From Sphaerodactylus townsendi (Eukaryota): a DNA stretch of 64,000 nucleotides. Shown here piece after piece: positions 51,177-63,824 of this stretch. The DNA lies in assembly GCF_021028975.2 (NCBI RefSeq), contig NC_059428.1, forward strand, positions 107,384,001 through 107,448,000. The letters are read 5' to 3'. Within the stretch, counting starts at the first letter, position 1; each line of letters begins with the position of its first letter. A model generated the notes under the pieces. That model was given only the letters and a program-made list of their open reading frames with translations, searched no databases and was not told where the DNA came from. Position numbers and translations under genes: made by a program.

Positions 51177-52050
51177 TGTTCATGCAATAGCCAATTTTCT
51201 GGCATGGAAGAACCTTTTTGTAGAGAAGATAACCATATTGTTAATTAACTGGAACACTATTGTCTGTCAGAGTGTACTGAGCTAGAATGACCAATGGTCT
51301 GACTCAAAATAAGGCTGCTTCACAGGCAGTTTTTTTAAAAAAAATCTTTTTAGGGCTGAAAAGAAAATACACAGAGCATTGAAACTATGAAGGAAATGAG
51401 AAACAGGAAAACCACGGCACAACAGAGAGGAGATGAAGGGCTTAACCCTGCTACTGTTCATCCTTTGGGTTCTGGCAGGTTGTTTGAGGGAACTATACAA
51501 CTCTAAAGTATACATGTATTTTAACATAATCTTGTTAAAAATCAGAATATTTTCAATTAAAAGGTCATAAAAAGTTGGAGGCAGGGGAAGGGTTAGATTT
51601 CTGTAATCACAACAGCTATGCTTTTTATGGGGCAGAAAATGAAATTCAGTGATAAAATATACTAGGAAAATAGGAAGTGCCAAGCAGCAACTATATGTCC
51701 ATTGTATTCTCATCCACCCAACTACAAACACACACACAGAAAGCACCAGCATATTGTTGAAAAATAAAAGAGATTGCCACTGCCACTGTCTTTGAGATGA
51801 CCTTCTGGATGGCTTTTTGTCCACTTTTAGGGTTTGAACTACGTGCATCTGGAATTACTTGTTCTGCAAGCAAACTTTTGGAGTGTTCCTCCTTGTAGCA
51901 CTTTATTGTCTAAAGTGTTTATGTGGGTTGGTGAGAGGCCATGAGGTTTCTGTATTCTTTTGGATGGTAGTGAGTCTGGAACTAAATAACTTTTTGGGCT
52001 CTGTCACGCTGCTTCTAAAGGAGCAGTTAGGGTGAAAAACCATACTACAC

Positions 52051-52164
52051 CTGTGCAAATGAGGTCATCATGTTTGTCGCAGTCTCTGTCATCGCATTCG
52101 CAGAATTCCCCAGTAATATACCATTCCTGGGGTGCACAGACGCACTTTCCACAGTGACAAGAAC
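52051..52164 (-). CDS. ITGBL1: ITGBL1 penultimate coding exon (114 nt)
   Basis: Minus strand gctttcag|[38 protein letters not shown]|gtgtag. Phase 1-1. Confidence 0.96.
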
Positions 52165-52669
52165 CTGAAAGCAGTAAGAACAACGATCATTGCAAGCATT
52201 TATAGAACATGGGAATTTTTCAGTCAAGCATTGAAAATCTCAGGCACACAAAATCAGTGCCTATTAATAAGCGATTGTCTACAAGGATATAATCAAGATA
52301 AAAGCCTACTGAAAAGAAGGATGTTACGCAGGTGTGCTTTAACTTGAAGTATTCTCTGCGAGGACCTGTAGTGATTCCACCCCCACCACCACCATTTTGC
52401 TTTAATCAGGAATTATTTTGAAGGAGAAGTTTTTCCTTTGTCCCAGAGCTCTAAAATCAAGGCTACTGTTTCCAGCAGGGCTACAGTGTTTTCAGCTCAG
52501 GTCAGGAAGAAAGAGAGGAGATAATCCCCCTGAAGTCACTAAGATTCTGTCAGGGATAAAAATGATCTGAAGTTCTGAGAATAAGTTACCACAGCTGGTG
52601 TCTTATTATCCTCTCTGCCTGTGAGGGAGTAGAACACCACTGAAGCACCTCACTTTTTTCTTTTCTAAC

Positions 52670-52732
52670 CAATCATCTGATTTAGACTAAATGGAATAAA
52701 ATCATCTGATTTAGAGTAAATGGGATAAAATG
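52670..52732. repeat. 29-bp tandem duplication
   Basis: aatcatctgatttagactaaatggaataa / aatcatctgatttagagtaaatgggataa. Confidence 0.85.
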
Positions 52733-53444
52733 GAACTCTCAGTCCACGAAGAGTGGCTCACCCCAGCACACAGACGTGGGGTTTCCGTTGGATTCCAAGA
52801 CAAAAAAAGTATGCAAAGTATTTAATTTTAAAACAATTTAACTTTTGGCTGGATTACTGGTATGTCTCTGGTTTGAGCAGCTTGGTTTCATTCAATAATG
52901 ATATGCTATCTCACAGTCCTTGCTCAACAATCACTGAAATATGATGTACTAAGCATATTTTTTGGCCTCCAGTTCAGTGAACTCTCATTTTTTAGAACTG
53001 AAAACATATCTGTACCAAAGCCATTAAATAAAAATGTTACTATAGTACTGCTATACAATTTAATATTTAGAGCACTGGCTATGATAAACAAGGAATTTTA
53101 CCAATTCTTCCTTGCATCAGAGTTGCTGGATTATGTTGCTTGGTTGGTTAGCTAGTTGATCAGAAACTGATGTTTAGAAACCACTTTCATCTTGTCCTAT
53201 TCCATTTTACAAGCCAGTGAGGAACAATGTTGGCCAGACTGGTTCACATTTGACTGTTCTTTGTATAGGCGTGTCTTTATAGTGACACACCTAAATGCCT
53301 CATCATTTAGTTTGCAAAGGTTCTGTGCCACACTCTGATAGAGTATGTGATTGTGGTGGAGAAAGTGTACTACATGACTCTGAATTGCAAGCATTTTCTG
53401 AGGCAAGAAATCTTTTAATTTTTCCTTTGCTCCAAAATATAGAT

Positions 53445-53598
53445 CAGGGGTATACCACTGATGACCCCCCCCCCCAGATGTTCGTGGACAACAATTCCCA
53501 TTAGCTCTGCCAATTGGCCATACTTGCAGGGGCTGATGGAAATCTTAGTCCATGACCATCTGGTGAACATCTGGAGAGCCATAGGTCAGAGACCCGTG
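53445..53598. mobile_element. hAT/Charlie-like palindromic MITE
   Basis: Ends CAGGGGT...ACCCGTG. TSD ATATAGAT (53437-53444) / GTATAGAT (53599-53606). A relative lies at ~59600-59737. Confidence 0.7.
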
Positions 53599-53757
53599 GT
53601 ATAGATTATACAGAGACATTAGCTCTTTTATTAGAACATAATAGTAGAGCTAGTCTTTCAGTTATGAAATTTTATGCCCTTGTGATGGATTCTATAAACC
53701 AGACTGGCCCCTGGGCAATCATCTTTGGAGCATGTGGTTGCAATTACTATCTGAACT

Positions 53758-53791
53758 ATCTCCTCTTGGCCTTTTGGCCAAACTCAAGTAT
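53758..53791 (+). pseudogene. 3'-truncated U2 snRNA retrocopy (U2 nt 1-34)
   Basis: atctcctcttggccttttggccaaactcaagtat versus U2 ATCGCTTCTCGGCCTTTTGGCTAAGATCAAGTGT: 27/34 identical, ungapped. Confidence 0.6.
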
Positions 53792-54903
53792 ATGAACCAT
53801 CCACTCCATATGACAACTCTACTTTCAACCCCAATGATTTTTAAGACTGCAGTAGGTCAAATTTAGCCTGCCACGCTCACTCAAAATGCAGGAATCCCAT
53901 GTACAGCTTTCCATGTTGAAGCATTTGTTCACATAATCAGCATAATATGTTTCCCATTGGCCATTCCACTCACCTGCGGCGGGGGGGGGGGGGGAAGACT
54001 ACAGCTAAACAGATCTTCCAGCTAATTTTATTACCCTATCCTTCCTCATCACTCCCTCCTTCTGTCATGCTGGGGACTCCTATCCAATTTCAACCATCCA
54101 ATCAGCTTTCAGCAGCTTATTGCATTGTATGTTTGCAGGGCACAGATCAATGAGAGAAGAGGAAGAAGATCCATAGCAAAGTTGTATTCCCAAGCAGCTG
54201 CCTTTTCAAGATCCTTAGGTCCTCAAGATTAGTGGAGTCCAAGGGACTTTGTCCCCTAAAACCTCTCTTTTGATAGCTCTGATTGTGTGCATGCCAGAAA
54301 AAACCTGAAGTGGATTTATGTTGTGCAACATAAAAAGTCTTATTCTGTGGGTGAATGTATTTTCTCATTATATGGCCTTGCAAAAATTTAGAATAGAATT
54401 GAGGGGTTTGCCCAAAGGAATCCAAGCAAGTCATCTGGGAATCCTTTTGCCTGGTTTAGCCCGTGGCAGAAATGCAGAACACAACAGCTGCAAATAGTTG
54501 TCATGTACAAGCTACCAAAAGTAAAATCAGTATCTACACTGGTTTGCAAATTGTACATATTGCACAAATAGAAATATTTTCTGTCAAAATAGAGATTGAG
54601 TTCTTACTCTCTATATATTCAAAACTATATATTCAAATTCATGTTATTGCTGGTATACATTCCTTAGGGTAAAAATCTGGCTTTGGCTAAAACAAAGCAG
54701 AGCTTGTATAATTTATCTGATTCAGCGTTTTGCCCAAGAGAGGAATTTCCTTGTTTTTTCTTTTCAGTGGCTCAGTTGAATACCCAGTGGTTAAGTATAA
54801 GAACAGATCTCATACAGATGAGCCAATTAAAACTCCTCATTAAAATAATCTACAAATTCCAGATGATGGATTGGATCCAACCAGCTTTTTCCATGATGGA
54901 AAA

Positions 54904-55073
54904 NNNNNNNNNNNNNNNNNNNNNNNNNNNNNNNNNNNNNNNNNNNNNNNNNNNNNNNNNNNNNNNNNNNNNNNNNNNNNNNNNNNNNNNNNNNNNNNNN
55001 NNNNNNNNNNNNNNNNNNNNNNNNNNNNNNNNNNNNNNNNNNNNNNNNNNNNNNNNNNNNNNNNNNNNNNNNN
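54904..55073. other. Assembly gap (N run)
   Basis: 170 N, abutting a SINE tail. Confidence 0.99.
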
Positions 55074-55570
55074 ATGAGGATGAGTTTGGATTGATATCCC
55101 CCTTTCTCTCCTGGGGCTTACAATCTCCTTGCCCTTCCCCCCTCACAACAAACACCCTGTGAGGTGGGTGGGGCTGGGAGAGCTCTGAAAAGCTATGACT
55201 AGCCCAAGGTCACCCAGCTGGTATGTGTGGGAGTACACAGGCTAATCTGAATTCCCCAGACAAGCCTTCCCAGCTCAAGCGGCAGAGCAGGGAATCAAAC
55301 CCAGTTCCTCCAGATTAGAATGCACCTGCTCTTAACCACTATGCCACTGCTATTTTGGTAGTAATTTACCCAACAGTGTGGAGCTAGATAGATTTATTAT
55401 ATTGTTATGTGCCATACTTTTTCTGTTTAAAAAGTGCCAGTATTTATTTATTATTCCTCCAGTTTCTCCCATCAGGATTTTGTAGAGTCCCCCCAAAGGT
55501 GCTTTAAAGTGTTAGTACTCAATGGTGGATTTCGAAGAGATAAATAAATGAGGATGTTATAAAAGGCATT
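55074..55570. repeat. Direct duplicate of 43181-43688 (Squam3-like SINE plus ~220 bp flank)
   Basis: Both continue past the SINE with attttggtagtaatttacccaacagtgtggagctagatagattt...gttataaaaggcatt. Confidence 0.9.
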
Positions 55571-55714
55571 GCTTTATGAGACATAAAAAAGAGAATACAG
55601 TGAGACTGAGGCCCCTTCCACACATGAAGAATAATGCACTTTCAATCCTCTTTCACAATTGTTTGAAAATGGATTTTGCTATTCTGCACAGTAAAATCCA
55701 GTTGCAAAGTGCAT

Positions 55715-55853
55715 TTTCAAAGTAAGAGACTTCAGAGGTGTTTTGTCACTGCCTGTCTTTGCATAGTGACCCTGGACTGCCTTGGTGATCTCCCATTCAA
55801 ATACTAAACAGGGACTGACCCTATTTAGTTTCTGAGATCTGATGAGATCAGGC
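55715..55853 (-). mobile_element. 5S-rRNA-headed SINE, abutting a half MITE at 55609-55720
   Basis: Minus strand gcctgatctcatcagatctcagaaactaaatagggtcagtccctgtttagtatttgaatgggagatcacc resembles 5S rRNA. Confidence 0.7.
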
Positions 55854-56156
55854 AATTCTAGGCTCTTCACACTTACAGATCTAAATATTTGCAAAGTATG
55901 CAACAAATATTAGACTAGGGATACAGAGACAACTTTGAAGAAAAGATAAAAGTGCCCACTTTTGAATAGCCAGCATAAAGAAAACCCAGGTATTGATGGC
56001 TACAAAGTGGTTTGTGTATATGGGACAATCAAGAGATTGATGGGGAAGATGAGAAGATGTGACCAAGAGGAAGGACTGATACTGATAGCCAGAAAGCACC
56101 TCCTGTTTGGAGGAGAATAATGTGTCACAGTGGTAAACCCAGCTATGCCATGCTAC

Positions 56157-56331
56157 TTGTGTTGCCAACCTCCAGGTATTGGCTGAAGATCTCCAGGTAT
56201 GAAGAATTACAACAGATCTCTAAGCTACAGAAATCAGTTGCCCTGGAGAAAATGGCTGTTTTAGAGGATGGATTCTATGGCATCTATTCCCAGATGTCCA
56301 GGAATTTCTCATCCTGGAACTGGCAGCCCTA
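56157..56331. mobile_element. hAT-like MITE, TAGGGTTGCCA family, perfect TSD CATGCTAC
   Basis: CATGCTAC at 56149-56156 and 56332-56339; end tggcagcccta. Confidence 0.75.
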
Positions 56332-57407
56332 CATGCTACAGTTGCGGTTGCTAATGAACAAATTGCAGTACATGGGGTCTGTGGGGAAAGGTGGGATTTG
56401 GGATGAGAAAAGGAACTGGTTATGGCAAGTACCATCTCAATTGTGAATAGAGGCTAAGGGAACCATGCATTACAACCATAGGAAGAAACCTTGAAATAAA
56501 TTGGGTCAAATAATTGCCATGGACTCCTGCAGTAGGAGAAAGAGCTGACAGGGGTAAATTGGTTCTTATGCATTATCCATATAAATACTATTGTCTTTGA
56601 TGAGAAACAAGAATTGGGATTGACATTCAGAAACTTGGGAACAGTTAATAATCTTCCTACAATCAAGATATCCTTCTACACCAACATCTAGTTCTGAACT
56701 GTAGGCAGCATGTGGATAATCCAGTTAGAAACGGTGTTTTGTATAGTTTAAATAGATAAGCTACGAAATACTTCAAGTTTATTTCTTGTGGTTTTTGTGC
56801 TTTGTATTTTAATATGATTACTGTTCTTTTTTTTTCTCTCATTCAGAATTTTCAGTATTTGGAAAGAGTATGTAAAGGACTTTATTTTCTTTCTGGTAAC
56901 ATTTATGGAATGAATTGTTTCCAGGCAAAGATTGGGAAAGCATGCTATTGAAGAACATGTAGAATTGTAGACCTTGAACTGTTAATGTGGACATGTAATT
57001 GAAGATTTTGCTTTTACTTTGCATTTAACAAAGATGTTTACTTTTTTTAAAAAAATATGCACTATCCATATGAGCAGATAATGAACAGATTAGAAAAATA
57101 AAATGATAAATTCTGGGGCACAGTGTTTTTTTGTTTTTGTTCAATAATCATGTCATACTTGATTTTAGAAGATTTCACATTCTCTTCCTTAATGACCATG
57201 TGCTACTATTGGGGTCCTCCATTTGACAAGACTAGTCCTGAAGTCCTTGTATTGGTACAAACCTCATTGAAGGTTGAAAGAATAAGGCAGACACAATGTG
57301 CAAAAAAACACAATTATAATATAACAAAGTGTAAAACCTATGAAAGGTTGGATCTTGACAGGTTCTGATGGTTATGGGAATGGAATGGACAGTGCAAAAG
57401 AAAAGAG

Positions 57408-57475
57408 CTTTCCTGCTTCGGTCAAGTGTTGTCTTTCCTTCCTGCTTCGATCAAGTGTTATATTTCCTTCCTGCT
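57408..57475. repeat. ~29-bp tandem duplication
   Basis: ttcctgcttcggtcaagtgttgtctttcc / ttcctgcttcgatcaagtgttatatttcc. Confidence 0.8.
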
Positions 57476-57777
57476 GCTTGTAGCACAATACCAGAATATA
57501 GCCCCAATAGATAATGGCCTGGTATGGATTTACACCCACAAGTACACCTCCAAATGGAGTCCCATGCTGTTGGTAAACAGTGCCTGAAAGCAAAGCTTCT
57601 AAACACAATACCGAGAACCTTCTAACAGGAGTATACTGTATTGTAAAGCCATTTTAAAAAGCTGTTGAACAGCAAGGGATTTTTGAAAGAAAGCACCGCA
57701 ATTTGTAACCCACAGTTGTGCTTTTTAATCCCTTGGAACATGCTTCGACATGGTTCTGCTCAGTTTCCCATACTTAC

Positions 57778-57924
57778 CCTTTCCTGAGCACATTGTGTCA
57801 TCTGCCGATTCACAAAAGTTTCTGCTTTCATTTTCTGTCATGTTACACTTCCGTGGATGCTGGCACAACTTCCCAAACCACCCGTCTTTACAAATACATC
57901 GACCACAGGAACAGATCCCATGAC
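57778..57924 (-). CDS. ITGBL1: ITGBL1 internal coding exon (147 nt)
   Basis: Minus strand ccttacag|[49 protein letters not shown]|gtaagt. Phase 1-1. Translated by hand, absent from the ORF track. Confidence 0.96.
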
Positions 57925-58547
57925 CTGTAAGGAGAGTGGATGAGAAGGAAAGATGAATATGTTACAAGATCTGCATTTTAAGACTGCCCTTCCTGTCCCG
58001 AGAGCTCACAGTATACTTGCAAAAATTCTGGGTAGGATTCAAGCCCCAGATTTTCCAATTATGTAAATAAAGTGATGGGGAAAGCTACGCCTGCTAAATT
58101 TCTACCAGAGGACTCTTATCACAAATACAGCTAGCAGCCATAGCCCCAGATACTCAAATTAACTTAATGCAGGGATTTGCATGGGGATTTGGCCTATTGT
58201 CTGGTATCCACTTGGTATACAATTGCAAGTGTAATTTGTGAACTGATGGAACATGTGTAGGTATTTCAGGTAACCTGCTAAAGTTGCCATATTCCACCCA
58301 TTCCTTGAGGAAAGCACCTGCCTTTCATGAACTTTGTGAAATAAGAGCTGAGTCTCTTTACAGTGGAATTCTATAGTCTGGCTGCTTAAGGTATAAATTT
58401 ACACTGTGAAAAGAAAAAGAAGTTCTTCATTATAAGAGAACATCATATGTGATAGGAAAGGCAGAGGAAAGCTTCTAGTTAGCTAACTATGCTAGGATGG
58501 ATAGAAAGCATGTCCACCACTCACAGTACACAGACGAAGAGAAAGAG

Positions 58548-58690
58548 AGCCCCCTTCCGCACATGCAAAATAATGTGTTTTCAAACCACTTTCACAACTG
58601 TTTGCAAGTGGATTTTGCCATTCCACACAGCTTCAAAGAGCACTGAAAGCAGTTTGAAAGTGCATTATTCTGCATGTGCAGAATGAGCCA
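58548..58690. mobile_element. Short palindromic Harbinger-like MITE
   Basis: ccccttccgcacatgcaaaataatg...cattattctgcatgtgcagaa; a partial relative lies at 55609-55720. Confidence 0.7.
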
Positions 58691-60339
58691 GAGAGAGAAA
58701 ACGGAAAGAAACTCTACAAACAGCCTACTGCGTAACAAAGGCACTGCTGTGGGACTGGACAAAAGAAAGGTCAGGAAGCACCCTGACTAAACCTTTACTC
58801 ACTCTCTGCTACCCTCCCATGGAACCCCAGTGTCTAGGCTAGCCTAAAGTGACACTGTACAGCCAGTTCCTTCCAACACTTTGAAGGAGACTCTGTGATG
58901 GAAGATATAGATCTGTTCAACATTTTTTGCAAGTGCTCATACAGTACATCTGTCTCAGGGGTACACAGTTTGCCTGCTTTCCTTGGTGTGTTTGCCACCT
59001 GTATAACATCAAGTCATTGCAAAATTTAATAGTGCAAACATTCGGATGTAAGTAGAAAGACAGCATGCTGAATGAAGTGTGAATTGGTCCTTCAGTTCTT
59101 TATCTCTTACCAATCCCAACCCCCCAACAACTCTTTGCTAATTTCTATTTTTATCAGTAAAAGTCTTTGGGTTGCTCTTAGTTGTGTACACAAAAGCCCT
59201 GAGAACAACTTCTGGATTCAAGTCACGTTACGATTCCCAGGCTGTTTATTGATTGTTCTTCATTTTAGAATGTAATTGCTGTGCAAAGTTAAGCACTCAA
59301 TAACAATGACATACTGTGTATTTTACGGTGAGTAAACTGCTGCTCCTTCTGCACTCAAATGTACAAATACTGGGTCAAATCCAGCCAGCTTTTTCATGGT
59401 CTCATCCAATTCTGTTCCTTACTACAGCCACCGTTGCATATGGCTTTTGTCCATGCAGGTCCCATGATCCCCAGCATTTTGGAGAGATCAAACCCAGCAT
59501 AACATTTCTGAGAACTCCTCCTCCCTTTTTCACCCAGGGTAACACCTGCTTGCATTGAACCCAATAACTTGCATGCATCTATCCACCTATCCATCCATCT
59601 AGCCTCATGGTGGCGAACCTTTGGCACTCCAGTTGTTATGGACTACAATTCCCATCAGCCCCTGCCAGCATGACCAATTGGTCATGCTGGCGGAGATGGC
59701 ATGTAAGAACTGAGTGCCAGTAAATTCGCCATCACTGAAAGAGATCTTCCTACGATCCATCTTTTCACCTCTTAGTCAATGGACCTGCTGGTAATTTAGG
59801 TTCCAATTTATAATTTGGTGCAGGACCCACTGAGCATCTGGGGCATCATGATCATTCATAAAAATCAGAGTTCTAGATGTACCAAATGCATAGCAACCTA
59901 ATAGAAAATAACAGGAGTTTCCACACACTGACATTGCACAGGTAGGGAAAGGGTGTACAAAATACCCATTCTCTGCAAAATCTTTTAAAATAATAAGAGG
60001 ATTCGGTCTTGTTGCAAAAACTATTATTGCAGAATAAAGCAAGAAGAGTCCCTTGTGACATAATGCTTAGTTATAGCCAGACAGTATTTACTCTGAACAT
60101 TCCATGCAAACTCCTTCCCTTCGTATTTTTATCATGAGGGTGCATTTGGTCCTAATTCTTTTAAACTATTTTTTAAAAAAAGAAGAGAATGCACACTAGA
60201 ATTGCATTTTAATCAGAACAGAAAGCAGGAGGGCTGTTTAACACTTTCTACTTGGGCTATTTTCTTGCTAAAATCACCCTATCCTCAAACTATATTTCCC
60301 TCATGCTGGGCAAAGATATTGGTACCTATCAGGCTATCC

Positions 60340-60482
60340 AGACCTTATCTGGTTAGTACTTGGATGGGAGATCACCAAGGAAGTCCAGGATTGCTATGCA
60401 AGGACAAACAATGACAAAGCACCTCTTGCCTAAAAAACCATATGGTGGTCTCCATTAGTTGGAAGTGACTTCACTGCACTTT
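60340..60482 (+). mobile_element. 5S-rRNA-headed SINE
   Basis: ctggttagtacttggatgggaga is an exact 5S rRNA internal-control-region stretch, followed by a Sauria-like tail. Confidence 0.7.
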
Positions 60483-61649
60483 ACACACTTACAATTCTTA
60501 GCCTGTCCACTCTCCCTACTACCATGCTTGACCCTGACAGCCAAGCCAAGCAGTGGTTCTAATAGCACACCTGACATTATGAACCACCTAAATATATGTT
60601 TGAACAACAATAATGAAACAACCTTTAGAATGGGAAACTGCAATTGAAATTCCATGCCTCGTATGAATTTATTTGGTGGCCCTGCTCTCCCTCCCTCTCA
60701 GCCACAATTATCCACAGCAGTATGGGAATACCTTTTACAGGGCAGCTGTGAGGGTAGCAAGATTGGATGGGGAAGGCACACCCATTGCAAAAAAATCCCA
60801 CTTAAATTAAGAATGATAATATTTAATCTGTATTCTTATCTATAATTGCAAACTTTCCCTTCCTAGAATATTTAGGGATTTTCTTTCCATGCCATCTATG
60901 TCATTTTTTAATATCCTGAATGGTTAGGATGTCCAGTTAATCAAAGGGGACTGGAGTGCTGAAGTATTAGAAATAACCTCCGTTGCAATCAATGGGCACT
61001 ATTTTCAGGGAGTGTATTTTGAAAGATGTGACCAGAATGGAGCAGGCACTGGAACTTCAACTCTATACTTTTCAGAGCAGAAGGTTAGAGCTGGGGGACA
61101 GTTTTTGCTGAGAAGGCTCATTGCTCCCTTCTTCAAATGATGGACAGCTGCATTTTCAAGTCACTATAACTATGCAGGATCACGGCCACTTACGCCCTCA
61201 TCTATCACAGTCTTCTCATATCTACCTGGGCCTGTAGTCTGCAAAGCAAGCTATTAATCAATCTCCGCTAGTCAGGAAAGGCAGGTGGCAATTCTTATTC
61301 AAATCGCCTGCATTGCCAACTCCCCTCTCCGTTTTAGTAAGCATCTAAGTTTAAGACAACATTTCTGATTTTGCCCACGTTCCCTCTTGCTACAACACAT
61401 TCTGTTTTTCTAAACGGTTCTGCTTTTCATGCAGGAACATCTGTGTAATCAAGTTTTCCACAGCACTTTATAAGGAACTTATAAAATGAGCATTTTATTC
61501 TATTAAGATACATTTGGCTGATAGTAGATTGCACAGTTTGCTTAGTGACCAGAATCCAGTGCCCAGAGTGAAGACATGGTAAGTTTTTATACCTCTGTAC
61601 ATCCTCACCTGCATAAATTGATATAATGTTTGTTGTAGCAAAACCGCAC

Positions 61650-61732
61650 AAGTCTCCAGCAGCGCCTTAGAGACCAGCAACATTTATTCCACTGTAAGCT
61701 TTCATGAGTCAAACATCACTTCTTTAGATGAA
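61650..61732 (-). mobile_element. Penelope-like terminal fragment with decayed hammerhead core
   Basis: Minus strand ctaaagaagtga...tcatgaaagctta, where CTGAAGA has mutated to CTAAAGA. Confidence 0.45.
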
Positions 61733-63535
61733 AGAATACAGAACTTTTAGTGCAGAGTGAATGAACTTAGAAGGGTGGTATTCTACTTAAGGTGGGATTG
61801 CTGACCACTTTTGTGCCTGGTATGCAAAATATCAGCTCGTGCATCCAAGAGCCATTTTTAATGCATTTTTAATGGATCTTCCAGCTCAGGACATTTATTC
61901 ACAACAATGAATTTCTTTCTTTCTTTCTTTCTTTGCACTGGGAGCAGAAAATCACACATTTAGGAGATCTCTCAATCAAACTTGTCTGAACTAAATGTTG
62001 GGCAATTCTGCATTCCCATATATACAATTATTGCTTGTCAGCTATCTAAAAAGTAAATATTCATTTCCAATCAAATTTCCCATTAGGCCATTGCAGTCTT
62101 GTCTATAGAAGCTCTGCTTTTATGAGCTAGATATTTTAGTGCACGTTCCTGTTTGTGAGAGATCTTTTCCTCTTTATGGAATGACTTTTAGGTTTAATTG
62201 AAACAGTGGGTAGCCTTCACTTAAGGTCTACTTTTACTTTTTTTCTTTTTGAATGATGTGTGAAATTTTAAAATTAGGAGTAAATACAGCAGCAGTGTGG
62301 TGTCCACTCTCAAAACTGAAGGAACCTATTGGAAGTTGAAGAGGTTACTTTTGAGTAGGGGTGTGCACCAAATCCCAAAGTCAGTATTTTTCATATTCAG
62401 GTATACTAGATCTGAACATTTTCTGCATATCCGAAAAAAAGCTGAATCCTCATACCATTTTTTCCAGATGTCCAAAAAATTGTTGCTCCATAATATTTTA
62501 TGGGGGATCTTTGTATGGCTTTGTGGGGGAAGACAGTTTGTTAAGGTAGAGGCACCAAAATTGCAGCATAGCTGCTGGTGACTCTCCATAGGAGAATCCT
62601 TAAGTTTGGTAAAGATTGGGTCAGGAAGTCCAATTTTATAGCCCCCAAAGAGGATGCTCCCATCCATCCTCCATGGTTGCCAATAGAAAAAATGGGGGAG
62701 GGGTACATAAAATTGGATCGCCTTATCCAAACGTAACCAAACATGGGGGTTCTTGTAAGGAGAGTCACCCACCCATGGTACCCTTCCTACTTATTTTTGT
62801 CACCTTACATCTCCTTAGCTCCGACAATCTTTATGGTGGCTTGCCTTAATATTCTCCCCACAGCCACCTTCATGGTAGTTATTTGCACATACCACATAAT
62901 GAAAGATTTTGCCCCAAAACCATGGAACATGTGCTGCTGCACTGTGAGTTCTATGTACCCCAGTGGGGAACACTGATTGGATCATTGTTAAACGGGAGTA
63001 CCTTGTTTTCTGACAAGGAAATAGCATACTATCTTTTTGGTGATCAGCACTCCCACACAATGATGTAGGCAGTCAAGTTCACATTCCCGCACTATGAGGA
63101 TATGTGACTCAAAGAGCAATTTTCTGTAACCTTTTATGCACAGTGCCAATAAAGGTTGTTGTTGTTGATCATGATGATAAATGGATTTGCACATGTCATT
63201 AGCCAGGTGGGATATGTAAGATTTCCACTGCAGATGTTTAAATGGGAAAATGTGGGAAGCAGCAAATGAAAGGCACCTCTGTTTCTCAGCTTAATCCTTT
63301 CCTGGTTCTCCAGATATCCAAATTGGAATCAATACATTATCAACTAAAACAGGACAACCATGACCCTCACCATTGCACACCAGTATTCCTAGAGTCCCTC
63401 CATCCCAGTTGCCCAAACCACCTGAGGATACTATAGTTAAGATGGTGATCCCTGATTGTGGGATGTCGCTGCTGCAAGACAACTTATTTGCTTCCTGTCA
63501 TTTAGGATACAGCTTTAGCCTGGATGGTTCAAGCT

Positions 63536-63675
63536 CACCTGACCTAATCAGATTTCAGAAGCTAAGCAAGCTCAACCCTGGTTAGGATTTGGATGGGAGA
63601 CCAATCAAGGTCATACACGGAGGCAGGGAATGGCAAACCATCCCTGAACATCTTTTGCCTTGACACCCCTGTGGG
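63536..63675 (+). mobile_element. 5S-rRNA-headed SINE
   Basis: tcagaagctaagcaagctcaaccctggttaggatttggatgggagacc (5S box A to box C), then ggcagggaatggcaaaccatccctgaacatcttttgccttga. Confidence 0.72.
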
Positions 63676-63824
63676 CACATTATTTGCACTTTCACTATGT
63701 ATGCATATTTGATAGCTGTCAGGAGTGTAAGAGAGTATGAACATAACAGCTGCATTTAGAAATACTGACTTCTAAAATAAATTGAAAGCATGAACAGTGC
63801 ATGGCACCTGTAGACATAACATAC

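Noticed and set aside
51282-51848. 188-aa minus-strand ORF just downstream of an ITGBL1 exon
   Set aside because: No ITGBL1-like Cys pattern or known domain; it ends in a SINE fragment and is consistent with a chance intronic ORF.
54683-55162. ORFs spanning N gaps (also 29007-30161)
   Set aside because: Artefacts of translating through Ns.
60340-60375. Possible 5S rRNA gene
   Set aside because: Only the internal part of 5S is present, fused to a SINE tail, with no full 120-nt gene.
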